This document shows positions 50,001 to 62,021 of a DNA stretch of 64,000 bases, piece after piece (within the stretch, counting starts at the first letter, position 1; each line of letters opens with the position of its first letter). Source of the DNA: Antedon mediterranea. Lineage: Eukaryota > Animalia > Echinodermata. The stretch covers positions 24,755,365-24,819,364 of the forward strand of contig NC_092678.1 of NCBI RefSeq assembly GCF_964355755.1, in the 5' to 3' direction. The notes under the pieces are model-generated. The model did no database searches, was not told the DNA's origin, and worked only from the letters and a program-made list of their open reading frames with translations. The translations under genes were made by a program, and so were the position numbers.

Positions 50001-53000
50001 TCGACCTGCATACATTTTAGAGATAGATTATATTTCAATTAGTTAAAATGCACTTAACAAACTAAACCTATAATTCAAAGTTAACAATATTAAGACAAGG
50101 TTGGATGTATTTATAGCGCCCTCACATTCGACACATAACTTTGAATCAATCAAATTACAGGATTGGAATCAACAAAATGATGACATCATATTAGTAGAAC
50201 GCAATTTTCCAGACCTTTCCAAATATATTTACTCTACTGGGATTGACTTTATTTTTAGTAACATGATGACAAATAACGCAATATAAATAAATATATATAT
50301 GAAGACGAAAGTTTCAGTGATGATAGGCATACACTGTAGAATGATGGCTAGAAAATTAATGTAGGGTGTAGAATAAAATAAAAGATAAGAACTTTACTCA
50401 TACAACAAAAATTGTAGAATAGATGGACTATAATTGACATGTCTTAGTTTTATACAACAACTATATAAATGTCAAGATGTTTTATGTTCACTCACCAGCT
50501 GAAATAAAGTGTAAATTTAATTTTAGTTTAATTCTAAAAATTTAAACAAGCTCGCAGAAATAATCCAAGGTTTTGAACAAAATGTCTAAAATTAAATAAT
50601 CTCAGACACTAACAAAAAACAATCATTTTGTTTGGATGACAACTTACATTATACACATTCATACAGTTATTTGATTGACATTCATGTTAATAAGTTATTA
50701 TCTAATGAAATGTATTCTTTCACAATAAACTTAGAAATGCAAATACACGCATGAGTTATAAAACAGACAGTGTGTTTATACATTTATAGTGAGCACTAAA
50801 AAAAAATTGGCATTGTTCCAGTAGGACTACCGTATTTCTTTTAATTTAAATAACAAATATGTATTTCCGCAAAGTATAAAGGAACTATTTATGATTTATA
50901 AATCTGCCAAATTTTTATTTAAATTGGCAAATTTTTACAGAGTTGACCTTGTTCATTGATGAATGAAAGTATAGTATTATGCTGTACAAATGTATTACTA
51001 AGGTACAGTCTCTGTGTACACTATCAAACTAGTTGGACAAAAAAAGGTGATGTGCCCAAATGTGGTAGTGATATGCCCAAATATGGTAGTGATGTGTCCA
51101 TATATTGGGCACATCACATTTCTTTTGCTACATAAAGTTTGATAGTGTGAACAGAGCTTTAGATTTTGGCACCATAGGAATTGATTTTCTGTTCTCTATG
51201 TTAAATGGAAATTCTATTTTCATGCTTTATGGTCAGTTTTAGGCAACCGACTAATAAAAAAAATTATTTTAAAGTGGAGCTCCACTTCAAATTTCTCAGC
51301 TTATATTATGTTTAAGTATATTTAATTGAAAGTGATTAAATTTAAAAAACAGGGAAAATATGGCAATATTTCCAAAAAACTAATTTCTAAAAAATCGGTA
51401 AGAAAATAGTGTTTTTACATTACAATTTTTCAGTAACTTAGGGTTTATTAGTTTAGAATACGTCGCAAAATGCGTTACACTTGGCGACTGACGTTTTATT
51501 CGCCGGTGAACGCGTTGGTGTTATGTTTCCCCCTCGGGTAAGTCACGTGTCGAAAAATGGTGAATCAATTTTATACACACAATTAATTAATGCGATTTGT
51601 TTAAGTCCAAATAATATTTAAGATAAAAATGTATTGCTCAACATAGTAAATCGATATGGAAGCTTAGGCCTGACTGAAGAGCAACTATTCAGGCACCCTA
51701 TCTATAATGGCCTATGACTGAGATGCCGAGGTTTGGTGCCAGAACAAACTTCACACTGCTGTCGTAAGGCTATAAATAAGCCCAGCTGCTAGAGGTCAAG
51801 CATGGAGGTATAAAAATAGTCTATTTTTATACCTCCATGCTTGACCTCCATGGGTCAAGCAGCATCGATACATACCTATACTCTAGAAGGCCTAGCTTTA
51901 TCTCGTTAAATTCGACATTTTAGTAATAATCTCATAATCACATTATTACACTGTGAAACATGACAGGGTCACATCTATTCAGAATATTTTAATATACTTT
52001 TGGCCCGTTAAAAATAACATCGCCAGCTAGTAGCAACAGTGTGTGATCGTGAAAAATTTCACGTGATTGTGACTCCCTAGCATAATAAAAAAAAAACAGT
52101 TGCGACCTAGGGAAAACGTAATGGTCATTATTGGTGTGGTGTAGGCCTACTGTTCATAAAGAAAAGATGTATGACGATAATTTCATCCTCATGAGGGAGC
52201 CCCAACAGCCTGATCCACAGGGTAATAACAGGCTAGATATGCCTACAGTAGATGGTTCGTAAGAAACATGAAATGCGTATTTAATTAAGAAAGTGAAATT
52301 CCTTTTAATTCGAGTTCCGTTCTTGTCATTTCTTCAGACTCTTCTTCACATTTATCTGTTTGATTCACGCACCTGTTTTTTAACCATTAGTTATGACGTC
52401 ATACTGGCGCTATAATGTGTTTCTTATCACGTAATCTTTAGGAAGATCCTGTAATCCTATTGGTCCCCGATGACAATTCAATCTGATACCTGATAAGACA
52501 GGTAGTATCAAGAAAGGGATTGTTTGCCGCAGTTAAAGTAGTTCCCTATAAACCACACAATATCTTGCTTATTAATTAGTGAAAATCATTCCGCCATACG
52601 GGCTAACTACTCGAAGAGCCTCAATAAATTGAATAATTTACTCACTCCTGAGGACGATCAAAGTATATTGATCGAAACCTCGAGAAACTCAACAGTTCTT
52701 TTATACGTGTTATACCGAAAACTTTATATCAACATTTGATTTCGCCATGCAAACCTTCAAACAATATATTGAATAATTTTGTTGAACAATTCATACTACT
52801 ACCTATTATTATCGCACTTTGCATTTTCTTTCAATTCAATTAGTGTGTTGCGCTTACAAATAATGATAATAATATAAATTTAACATTTTTTGAAAGCGCA
52901 AAAACTTTTTTCCCCTTCTTTCACAAACTTAGTGCACGTAGGCTGCTTTGCAGTACTTATTACAAGGCACCAAATTTTCTGAAAACGTAAGTCACAATTG

Positions 53001-56000
53001 CTTATATTTTGACAAAGAATATAATTTTACAAATCGTCTATATGCCTAAGGCCACTTAATTTTGATTGTATGTATTGGGACAAATCAGCTGTACCCTGAA
53101 GCTGAATGTCTGTAGGCCTATCCTATTTAATATTTTTGTGGTGGTTCGAATATTCCAGACGAGCGGGTTAATCTCTAAGGCCGGCCACACGTGTTGAAAC
53201 CACCAGTGGGGGTTTCCCTTCTTACATGGGGGTTTAGCGTTCTAGTAGCATCTAATGTACGTCCGGTCCCTAAGTCTAGCTTGGATGAGATGTGTACAAA
53301 CTCATAAAATAATTGAAAATGGGGGTCTTTTATAATAATTACATAGGTATTATGTGATTAAAACTGGAAGTGACAGAAACATCAATGTAATATTTACTAG
53401 ATAGTTACTGTCTTTAAATAACAAAAATAGTATGATAGGAAGATGGATACAAGATCTGTTTTCTGGCCACCTGAACAATCAGCATGCACAGTCACAAGCC
53501 ACACTACAAAGAGAGAAAACCAACCATGGAGAAAAGATACAATCAACCTTGCATATTTTATACCTCCATGATATAACAACCAGGACCCATGAAATATATC
53601 TGTTAAACAGGAATAGCCAGCGGCTAGATCCGTAATAATGATCGCCTTACATTTCCAACTCAGCACCTGAATGTGTTGCATTTTGATGGCCAATAATAAA
53701 ATTGTCTGTCACTCTGGTCTGGGCTGCTGTGGTCTGCTGGTGTATCAATGGCACACTTTGTAGGCCTACAATCATTCTAACTACTGTACTTGTACATTAT
53801 ATGACTTCTGCCTTAAACATAGGATGGGACGAGGGTGTGTGTGTGGGTGAGAAGGGGGGGGGGGGGAGTGTTATAAGAGCTGGAGGTAAAGAGGCGTTTG
53901 GACTGACATTCGGAATGCTTTAGTGATAGACCGTTATTGTAATCCATTCATGTTTTTAAACCATTTTTCTCACATGTTCGGCGGCAGAGGATGTTTTCTC
54001 AATCTTTTGTTAGCTTGTTAAATCATCAATCATTAAATTCTTGTAAAATTCCAATTTGTTACTATCACGTTGGTATGTCGTTCCCTAGGCTATAGAACGT
54101 GACGGTTGAAAAAAAACCGTAACAAATAAAGCGTATCCAACGTCCTTATGTTTTTTTTTAGTATTCCATACGCATCCAACAGCGAGGAACTCGTCAATTA
54201 CCGGTACAGGATTGATACACCATTTAAAAATGTATTGTGCTTATTCTCATTTGAGGTATGGGGAGTGGAGTTAAGATAGTCGTGACAACACTGGCACTAC
54301 GTCTGGATTGAACCCCAGATTATGGGATTGGAAGGCAAACCACCAAGCTACAACTCCACTACTCAAGCTAGCTCAAATACATTGCATAATAGGATTTGCA
54401 CGTCTTTTTGCGACTACCGAGACGGCATGCCAAATGAATAAAAAAAATTAATAAAATGTTATTTATACACTTTATCGTGCACTTTATGGTAAAGTGTCAA
54501 TTATCGTATTCGTTACCAACAATTGCTGGTATTGCGTCACTGACAATACTATACCCATCAACCTTTCCTACAATACTATAAACCTTTCTTATAATACTAT
54601 AACTATATAAACTTTTTCTACCAAAGTTTCTCAGGGTTAACGATAATCAAGATCGGAATCAAAGAAGAAAAGAATTGCAACAACACTGGATTTAAAGGAT
54701 TTAACACAAATCTGTTTATGAATTTCAATATAACTACAGTTTATTTTATATTTATCGGTATTTTCCTTCCTTATTCTTTCAAAATCTTTGACAAATGCAC
54801 GAATAAATGTATGGTTTTGATGAAACCATATCTGTATCTACTGTATTTATTTATTGACAAAACTATACAATATTATTAGTATTAACAAACAATTACGGCA
54901 AAATACAGTACAATTATTTATTGTATGCGCATACAAAAGGACAGACTATTAATAAAAATCATAATTTCAACTTGTTGAATGACTATGACGTCAGTACTAA
55001 TCCGGAAGAAATAAATTATTTCTCCATGGTAATAATTAAAAGGTTCCTAAAATATATTTTCTACGGCATACAACAAGCGTGGGTGGCAAGGTTGTGTGAA
55101 GGTGTGTTAAAGGGGGGAAAGGAAGAAGAAAAAATCTAATTAATTCTCAATGAACATGTGTTAATTATGGACAACGCTTGTCGGAAATGGCTATATGTGA
55201 AATAAATCACTATTTAGCATATGTTATTCAAATAATGTGATAAGAGATAATTAATGTTAAAGATTAACTATAAGATAGGCCAACTAAAAAAAATGTACAA
55301 CATATAGAAAGAATACACATTAATAAAGTAAAGGTCAACCATGATATGCCAACTAAAACAAGAAAAGGATGGATGGACGCATACAACATTTTTTTAAATA
55401 GAAAAATGCATAGTAAAGTCAATATTAAACCATGATAGGCCAACTCTAAAAAAGAAACGACTGGAGGTAGGCCAACAACATTTAAAAAAATAGAAAAAAT
55501 ACACGGTACATTACATGAACAGTATATTTAATTTTCTGTAAAATTTGCTGAAATTGCATTTCTGACATGCATTAGTGACCGGAATACTGTAAAATGGGGA
55601 GACGTAGTTTGGTTACCAGCACACCCTTGCACTCTCGTCATCAGCAGTAGGCAATATCATGTGTCATTAGTACATGTGTGTGCATTTAAATGATTATGAG
55701 CAATCAACAGCGATATCTATACGTAGATCGGATCATGAACCTGATTGAATCAATCTGAAGACACGGATATATTAAACAGATATAAAGTGAACGGAAGCAT
55801 TTGATTTGGGATGACTGATACTATCTAAACGTACTGGGGTTAATGAGTGGAAACTATAGTACTATATAATGCGACATTTACATAGGGATATTTCGTAAAG
55901 ATCAGAGCACCATGAGTGCCTATTGATTATCAAAATTATCTAGAGTCTGAGCAGGAAAATACAACCCAAAATTAATTAATACTCTGTAATTAATACAATG

Positions 56001-57357
56001 TAGTCCTACAACAACCCAAATGCCCAATTCAATTTAATAAACTATATTATCCAATACTCCGGGGGAATGCATTTGGTCGTGGTATACAAATATTTAAAAA
56101 GCACATTTAAAGGCAAGCAGAAGCACAACAATCAAATACAAATCTAAAATATGTTAAAATACACAGAGAGAAATAAATAGCATTTGAAATACGTGTACAG
56201 TACTAATACTTCTAGTACTTAATCTATTATAACATTCATTTTCTAATAAGTATGGTAGCTGGGGCAACTACTGGGCCATGAAATAACCGATTGAAATACT
56301 ACTTTTACTAGACTCCCCCACTGTATAATAAATGCTATAAAGACAATTTTATTACTACAGTACCGTACTAAATATAGCATTTTATTATTTTTTTTACAAT
56401 AATTATTTGTTTGATTGAGAGACACAACTAATGATTACCTGTACTGTACTCTTTCAATATACTGTACAATCATTTATCCACCCTCAACCAATGAAGCATA
56501 AAAGGCATTACAATGTACTTTTGTATCCGCCCACACAGAAAACTGCGCATGCGTCAAAACTTTTTTACAGGTTCCAGGCTAGGTTTGTCTGGTGCATTGT
56601 TATGTATTATGTATCCTATATTTAACCAGCAGTTAACCGCCATGCTTCAATAATTCACGTACCTGAATTTAAGCACATCCTTTATGAAATAAAAGAACAG
56701 TAAATGATTCAATACTTGCTACCCGGGTCAATAAAGATTCAATTACTCACATTATCTATAGCTAGCTACATTTAATTGAAAACAATTAATTACAGAAAAT
56801 GTTGAAGGACATTTTTACACTTTGATGTGAAAACATCAAATTGATTTGCTAAATCTGACACACGAACGCGAATCAATTGCACACATCATCGAAAGTCAGA
56901 ATGATAAGTGTGCCGCGCACGCGCGAGAGTTCGTAGCTAAGATACTTTTTTTCTTAATGTCTTTAATTTGGTCAATTTAATATAACCGATTTATGCAAAA
57001 AAATATATATACAGAGATCATTGCGATTTCGAAGATCTTTCACTAAATAAATATTATTTTATTAAATATTTAAAATTTAATTCATGATAATCATTAATCA
57101 TAGTTACTGATTAGTATTCAATGAAGAAGCTGTCATAACGGAAATGAAATTAACAAAATGATGACGTCATATCATACGCTCACTAATTATCTTAATTAGA
57201 AATAATACTATTTTATTAGGCTACAACGAAAAAATGTTTTCACTGAAAAATCAACAACAAATCTGTTGTTAAGGTATCACTTTTGATAACGATATCTATA
57301 CGCGCGCGCATAGGAAATAGAGCAGAAAAAGTTATCAGTTTTGTTACTTACCTTCAT
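22903..57357 (-). CDS. Giant secreted multi-Kazal mucin/proteoglycan-like protein (~7,875 aa): signal peptide, 4 Kazal, 7,373-codon repeat exon, 3 Kazal
   Basis: Exons 57352-57357 (MK), 49766-49838, 49463-49627, 48748-48909, 48125-48289, 47392-47556, 24932-47050, 24469-24696, 24054-24269, 23511-23678 and 22903-23063. They join in frame (23,628 nt), and every junction after exon 2 is phase 1. The joined N-terminus MKEFILILTLLGILQLTNA looks like a signal peptide. Kazal motif PVCG.D..TY...C recurs. Confidence 0.85.
23511..23678 (-). CDS. Kazal domain 6 exon
   Basis: CHRICKDIKPVCGSDHATYLSECALKKYACMDDKNDLTKLYDGEC. Confidence 0.9.
24054..24269 (-). CDS. Kazal domain 5 exon
   Basis: CFDKCSMLYEPVCGTDDHTYPNQCTLDGMACQFPGYKLDIQYTGPC...TTGSGMGS. 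Confidence 0.9.
24469..24696 (-). CDS. Thr-rich linker exon of the Kazal proteoglycan gene
   Basis: TTTCAG|GHHIITPEPGESLDGTIRVTNIPTK...TTAVE|GTACAT, 228 nt, phase 1-1. Confidence 0.8.
24932..47050 (-). CDS. 22,119-bp single exon encoding a T/E/S/P/K-rich repetitive mucin/GAG-attachment region
   Basis: Uninterrupted 7384-aa ORF (24924-47078); acceptor TTTTAG at 47051-47056, donor GTATGT at 24926-24931; phase 1-1. Confidence 0.92.
25880..41090 (-). repeat. Coding tandem repeat, ~1.22-1.26 kb (~410-420 aa) unit, ~12 copies plus a partial copy
   Basis: The same landmark recurs at 26044, 27145, 28396, 29647, 30898, 32143, 33391, 34654, 35887, 37111, 38335 and 39580. Confidence 0.95.
41090..44790 (-). 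repeat. Coding tandem repeat, 555-bp (185-aa) unit, ~6.5-7 copies
   Basis: Landmarks at 42433, 42988, 43543 and 44098 are exactly 555 apart; unit begins EPVTEGSALDVETDVPDEDS. Confidence 0.95.
45140..46200 (-). repeat. Coding tandem repeat, 102-bp (34-aa) unit, ~10 copies
   Basis: TEKEIIDEKVETTEATQSIDTTTLQQQDTQKATP repeated. Confidence 0.95.
47392..47556 (-). CDS. Kazal domain 4 exon
   Basis: RRRRKCRKIRCGMYSYNPVCGMNSRTYDNSCIMEYENCLDKNNVQELYEGEC; the acceptor is weak, so the start is approximate. Confidence 0.85.
48125..48289 (-). CDS. Kazal domain 3 exon (atypical, 4 Cys)
   Basis: CANTFRKDYRPMCATDGRTYLNQAVINVVACQTNNPSLRRVSYGPC. Confidence 0.85.
48748..48909 (-). CDS. Kazal domain 2 exon
   Basis: CPRGCSSMIVPVCGTDHVVYNNECLLNKERCENKPSLGKICDGYC (7 Cys). 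Confidence 0.9.
49463..49627 (-). CDS. Kazal domain 1 exon
   Basis: CSRKCERYYAPVCGSDGETYHSECIMYIYACKQLSHITVTHVGKC. Confidence 0.9.
49766..49838 (-). CDS. Signal-peptide exon of the Kazal proteoglycan gene
   Basis: CAG|EFILILTLLGILQLTNAFDPFEYD|GTAAG. Confidence 0.85.
51006..51160. mobile_element. MITE, same family as 15583-15744
   Basis: CTCTGTGTACACTATCAAACT...AGTTTGATAGTGTGAACAGAGCT; internal GGTAGTGAT repeats. Confidence 0.75.
51792..51860. repeat. Perfect 28-bp-arm palindrome; remnant of a CATGGAGGTATAAAA-terminated (P-like) element
   Basis: GAGGTCAAGCATGGAGGTATAAAAATAG-T-CTATTTTTATACCTCCATGCTTGACCTC; GGTCAAG is repeated on both flanks. Confidence 0.75.
52645..52684 (+). ncRNA. Degenerate minimal hammerhead ribozyme motif (Penelope/retrozyme-type terminus)
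   Basis: CTC-CTGAGGA-C-GATCAA-agtata-TTGATC-GAAA-CC-TC-GAG. Confidence 0.5.
54290..54362 (-). mobile_element. Degenerate tRNA-derived SINE head
   Basis: Minus strand TGGAGTTGTAGCTTGG...GCCTTCCAA...GGGTTCAATCC; no complete cloverleaf. Confidence 0.55.
57352..57357 (-). CDS. Putative first coding exon end (Met-Lys) of the Kazal proteoglycan gene
   Basis: gcatcATGAAG|GTAAGT has a consensus donor and supplies the Met missing from the signal-peptide exon; CpG-rich promoter-like DNA lies upstream at ~57510-57750. Confidence 0.65.
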
Positions 57358-58299
57358 GATGCAAGTTAAGTATTCCACTCAAAGATCCTTATTTCATTAT
57401 TAAATCCAAGAATATAAAATATATGATGAAATATTAGTAAATTAAATATCCCTTAATACATTTCCAAAACAATAATTCTGCTTAAAAATATTGTCCCACC
57501 AAAATAAGTTCCTGCTGGCCCGGGTAAAGTACGTCTGTCGACCCGCCGGGATACAGGCTAAGTTGGTATACTATTATTATTGAACCCTTGAGTTCAATTG
57601 AAAACTACTCTATGAAACGATACAACATAAAACAACCTCAAACTTTTGTGAAGTTTAATCACGTGATTAACTATATTAGACCTGATTTGGTGACGTATTA
57701 TAAATGGGCGGGCACTCGGCCGTAAAGGATCATGGGCCGGATGCGAATAAGTAAAACAGTTAGTAAGAGCAATTGATAATTTAACTTTGTTTATTGTTAA
57801 ATCAATTAACACATCCGGTTAGCTAACTTAACTTAACTAACTTCCCTAACTATAGTATATTTAGCGCGAAAAATAAAGCGAAACTGCGAATTTAACCCTA
57901 CAGGTTCCAATGAATGCGTTTGAAGATAAAAGGGATTATTTCAAGCAACAATTATTCAACAGTTAAGTTTCTTTTAATAAAGATAGAAATAGACTAGTTG
58001 CTGCTTTGTCAACGAGAAAGGAAATTAAACAAGAAAAACGTCTAAACCTAGCTGGTTAAATCACCTGTAACGATCTTTTGAATTGAATAAAGAATGGCTG
58101 ACCTGGTTAATGTGTGACGACAAAAGAAGCCAAGCTGCCAAGCCTCCTTTCATTTCAAAGTTTGCTCTTGTTTTACGATTATTTTAACCGCGTGTGTGAC
58201 GCGAGTCAACGCGTGCGACGCGAATGAACATGCGTGACACGCGTGCTTTATAGACGAATGCGTTTGAATTCTAAAAAAAAAAAAAAAAAAAACATGGAT

Positions 58300-58486
58300 T
58301 AAAGGGTCTTTCACACCTGTTCCGGCACGGTTCCGGTCCGCCGAATCGAACATCAATGTTTCGTTTTCACGCGGCTATGCGCCAATCGATATGTGCGTAG
58401 CCGCGTGAAAACGAAACATTGGCGTTCGATTGGATTTTCCGGCGCCGGATCGGAACCGTGCCGGAACAGGTGTGAAAGACCCTTTA
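58300..58486. mobile_element. Fully palindromic ~185-bp MITE (Harbinger-like, TAA/TTA flanks)
   Basis: AGGGTCTTTCACACCTGTTCCGGCACGGTTCCG...CGGAACCGTGCCGGAACAGGTGTGAAAGACCCT; the inner arms also pair (AATGTTTCGTTTTCACGCGGCTA / TAGCCGCGTGAAAACGAAACATT). Confidence 0.85.
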
Positions 58487-60114
58487 GGCCATGTTCACTG
58501 TTCAGAGTGTGGGACATGATTGGTGTTACAGTTTAGGCATATGTCGCTTCTTTGACTGAAGAGGTTACCCAGTATAAATATATATTTCAATTTCAATTTC
58601 AATTGTATTGCGTTTTTGAAAACTATTTTGATATTTTGACTAATGCAGCGGATTATTTGCACCACTGGTACTAAATTAAAAGTTTTTTTCTACTAATAAT
58701 GACTACCCCACACATCTGACCACAATGAACTAATCAAATATAGACTTTTCTGGTCCGTGACAAAAGAAAAACCACTTAATTTTAATAATAATATAATGAA
58801 ATTGTGATTGTTACCATTCATTGACAGAATTGCCATTCTACCCATTATAGCGCGAATATCGCTTGTGATTCGTCAACTCGCTTGCGTTGCGCGTACGCAC
58901 GCCCCTGTGTTAAGTTCAAAAGTAGGTACCAAACTTAATTTCCTCTATGGTACTTACTGAAAAATTATGCGAAGACACGTAATACACTGGCGAAGGACAT
59001 AAAATTAGAAACGACTAGACCAAATTTAACCGTTAAAGTGTAATTAATGAATCCCAAATCGTGATCTGTAATACTGCGATTAGACTTTTAGATAGAAGTG
59101 TATTCCTTTCGAATCTATCATGGGCACAGACGGGCTCCCTTTGAAGTGTCTTATACCTAATTAAACGTGCTTATCCCATTTCATCATTTCAAGAACTTAG
59201 TAACTTTGCTTAGTCATCAATGGTAACCCCGGTTAATGATAGAATCAATCTATCTAGAATTACTACAAGTTTAAACTTGGTTTCATAATCCAACTTTAAA
59301 AAAAAAACGTTTAAGAAGGCCGATATCATTCATTTTAATCCTAACAACAAAGCATATAAAAATTTGGCAGAAACTAAGCAGTTTATAATAAATATTGTGA
59401 GGAGCCAATTAAAGCCTGGATACCCCCGACTACTTCGGGCTACAACGGTGCCCCTGCTGCGAGGAGTTGCTCAGCATTGCGACTTGCAGCATCAAACAAG
59501 TGATTTTTTTTCCTGACTTTTTATCAACGATTAATACAGCTTTTTCGAGGAAGTATGATGTTAAGATAATAATATACATGAATTGTCCAACGTGATTCAT
59601 GTTTTCCAATGAAACGAAGAAAAAAAAAGGACGAAAACAAACTTTTTTTAAACATAAATTCACAGGGAACGGAAGTGTTATTGTGATTCAGTATGTTTTA
59701 ACATCTTACACCAGTTGGAGCACTTATCAGTGTGTCCATTTAACTGTCGTTAACTCTTGTATATTTTGAATGGCCAAAAAATCGAACATATCACAATAAT
59801 ATCAGAGTTAAACCGTAAACAATACCACGGTGGTCTAATGTTAATGATGTACAAATCGTTAACTAAATACCAAAAATAATAATAATCTACGCGTGAGAAA
59901 GGATAGTAGCGTTTGTACGAGACATTTATATTTCATTAAAATGCATTTTTCGTACTGATTTGTTTTCGTAACCCGGCCCGTGCAACAAAACGCCAACATC
60001 ACTTCACCTGACCCACATCTTTTCAGTACATAGACCAACTCATTGAGACAGACATATGTATTTGAGAGATTCAAGATTTAAGAAATGTATTGGTCCACTT
60101 TAAAATGGAAATTC

Positions 60115-60115
<1 letters not shown>

Positions 60116-60158
<43 letters not shown>
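60116..60158. repeat. (TAG)n microsatellite
   Basis: ~14 GTA units. Confidence 0.95.
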
Positions 60159-60159
<1 letters not shown>

Positions 60160-60209
60160 TATAGCAGTGGCATACTCGTAAAGTATATCAGAAGGGGATG
60201 TTATGGTAC

Positions 60210-60440
60210 TGTACCTTGGGGGTGAGACCACCGTGTCGGACCATGGTTTCCTTTGATCCACGGTTCGAATCCCATTGCCACTCTCCGTGTTTTCATACTT
60301 GAGATTTGAAATACATACGTCTTTCGGATGACACGTTAAGCCGTTGGTCCCATTGCAACATGGCTCATGTGCACTTTAAAAAAAAAAACAGTATTAGGGA
60401 TCGGATCGTCTACGGTGTACTGCCTAATTCACCGGCGGCA
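60210..60440 (+). mobile_element. tRNA-derived SINE with a Deu/Nin-domain-like core
   Basis: B box GGTTCGAATCCC at ~60262, followed by GTCTTTCGGATGACACGTTAAGCCGTTGGTCCC, which resembles the DeuSINE core TCTTTCGGATGAGACGTTAAACCGAGG. Confidence 0.7.
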
Positions 60441-61492
60441 GAAGGGCCTATCTAGTCGAACTTAGCCGGGCTATCCTTGGTGTGTATAAAAAACAACAAC
60501 AAGCAAACCTTAACTCTTGCAGATAGAGAAGAGGCGCCAGGTTTGATCAGAAATATGAAGATGGTATAATGACTCAGAATCAAAGGTTCCTGAATATGTA
60601 CGGTACGTCCGCACTTATGCGCAATTGAATGCAAGTGTACCAAGGTGATATTGGCGAAAATGCTTAATGGGTGCAAAGGAGGTACTATTGTTATGATTTT
60701 TTTTTTGTATAATAAAATCAGTTATCTTGTGCAGATTTTTTGAAATTCAAATGGATTGAACCAAAGAAACACGAGGTGCCTGGACAGAAACTTATTATAC
60801 CTGTTGTTGGCCGACGGACTTGAGGGACCTGGGAATACAATAATTTGGCACCTGGGAATAAAAATTGAACGCGACAATGATTGAAGCCCGAGCACAGGTT
60901 CTGTGATTGAAAACATACATTGACATGTAGTGCCAACTGTTTAGAATCAGAATGTGATATGACAGGCCTAAATAAAATTACATTAAAATGATAAGATGGG
61001 TCGGTTGTAGGTAGGCCTGCTAAACACTACTGTATGTAAGAAATGGTTTTAGAGCCAAAAACGTTATAACTGTTTTTTCTGATCCCTGAAACAGTTCTTA
61101 TTTTATGTTACCATTTAAGTTAGTATAGTTAATGTATTCTGTTTTTATTTCATGAGCTGTTTAAAAAAAAATGTTGTTGAAGTATAAGAACGAGTTTAAA
61201 ATAACTATAAAAATAAGATTTTTTTTTGTATATATATACAATACCTATTGAGGAGATGAACACAAATGCGATTTTAAAAGTATAGTACACACTAATACAA
61301 ATAAACATTTTTACAATTTCCAAAAAACTGTCGTACAAAACAAGACAATAAACTGCATAAACTTTTTAACCGAGGAAACATAAAAAAACAGCACGTCTAT
61401 GAATCAGTGGTATGATATCCTTCCACAGAACGTGACCAATTTAGAAGATGTTTATTGATATCAACCTCGTATTCACCACATTGCCTTCCTAT

Positions 61493-61822
61493 AATGCTTC
61501 TACTACTCATACCACGAATTCGACGCGCGCGTAAAAAATATTATCAGTATTTGAATGCTCTTTGTTATCGCTTTGTGCTACCGCTACCGATTTCCGACCG
61601 CATCATCGTAGAGAAAGTGTAATATAATTGAATGGTTTGTTCGCGGGTATGTCAAGTTTCTTCCTAAAATGCTTCTACTACTCATACCACGAATTCGACG
61701 CCCGCGTAAAAAACATATTATCAGTATTTAAATGCTCTTTGTGTTACCGCTATCGATTTCCGACCGCATCATCGTAGAGAAAATGTAATATAATTGAATG
61801 GTATGTCCGCGGGTATGTCGAG
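61493..61822. repeat. ~175-bp tandem duplication
   Basis: AATGCTTCTACTACTCATACCACGAATTCGACG at ~61494 and ~61668. Confidence 0.9.
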
Positions 61823-62021
61823 TTCTGGATAAGCGATTAAAATATATAATTTACCTGGATTTCTGCTTAAAGATCATTACAAACATTCTATTTTTGATAA
61901 TCATACGAATCATTAACGAGTAAAAATGATACGCATACATTCAATGCGATTGGATATCAGTTTAGGTACGCTTCGTTGAAAAAAAGCTCTGCCGTTCTTG
62001 GCGATTAAACATGATGTTTGG

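Noticed and set aside
22903-57357. Calling the giant gene agrin, titin or a named mucin
   Set aside because: No LamG, EGF, SEA, NtA, Ig, FN3 or vWD domains seen; such labels would reflect only Kazal or low-complexity similarity
60240-60285. Possible tRNA gene (GGTTCGAATCCC); similar heads at 22385-22445 and 54290-54362
   Set aside because: No complete cloverleaf; the 60.2-kb copy runs into a SINE core, so all three are called SINE heads
60520-60965. Two exon-like, GC-richer plus-strand segments after GCAG acceptors
   Set aside because: Stops in all frames and no recognisable motif; possibly a decayed gene or TE, but unsupported
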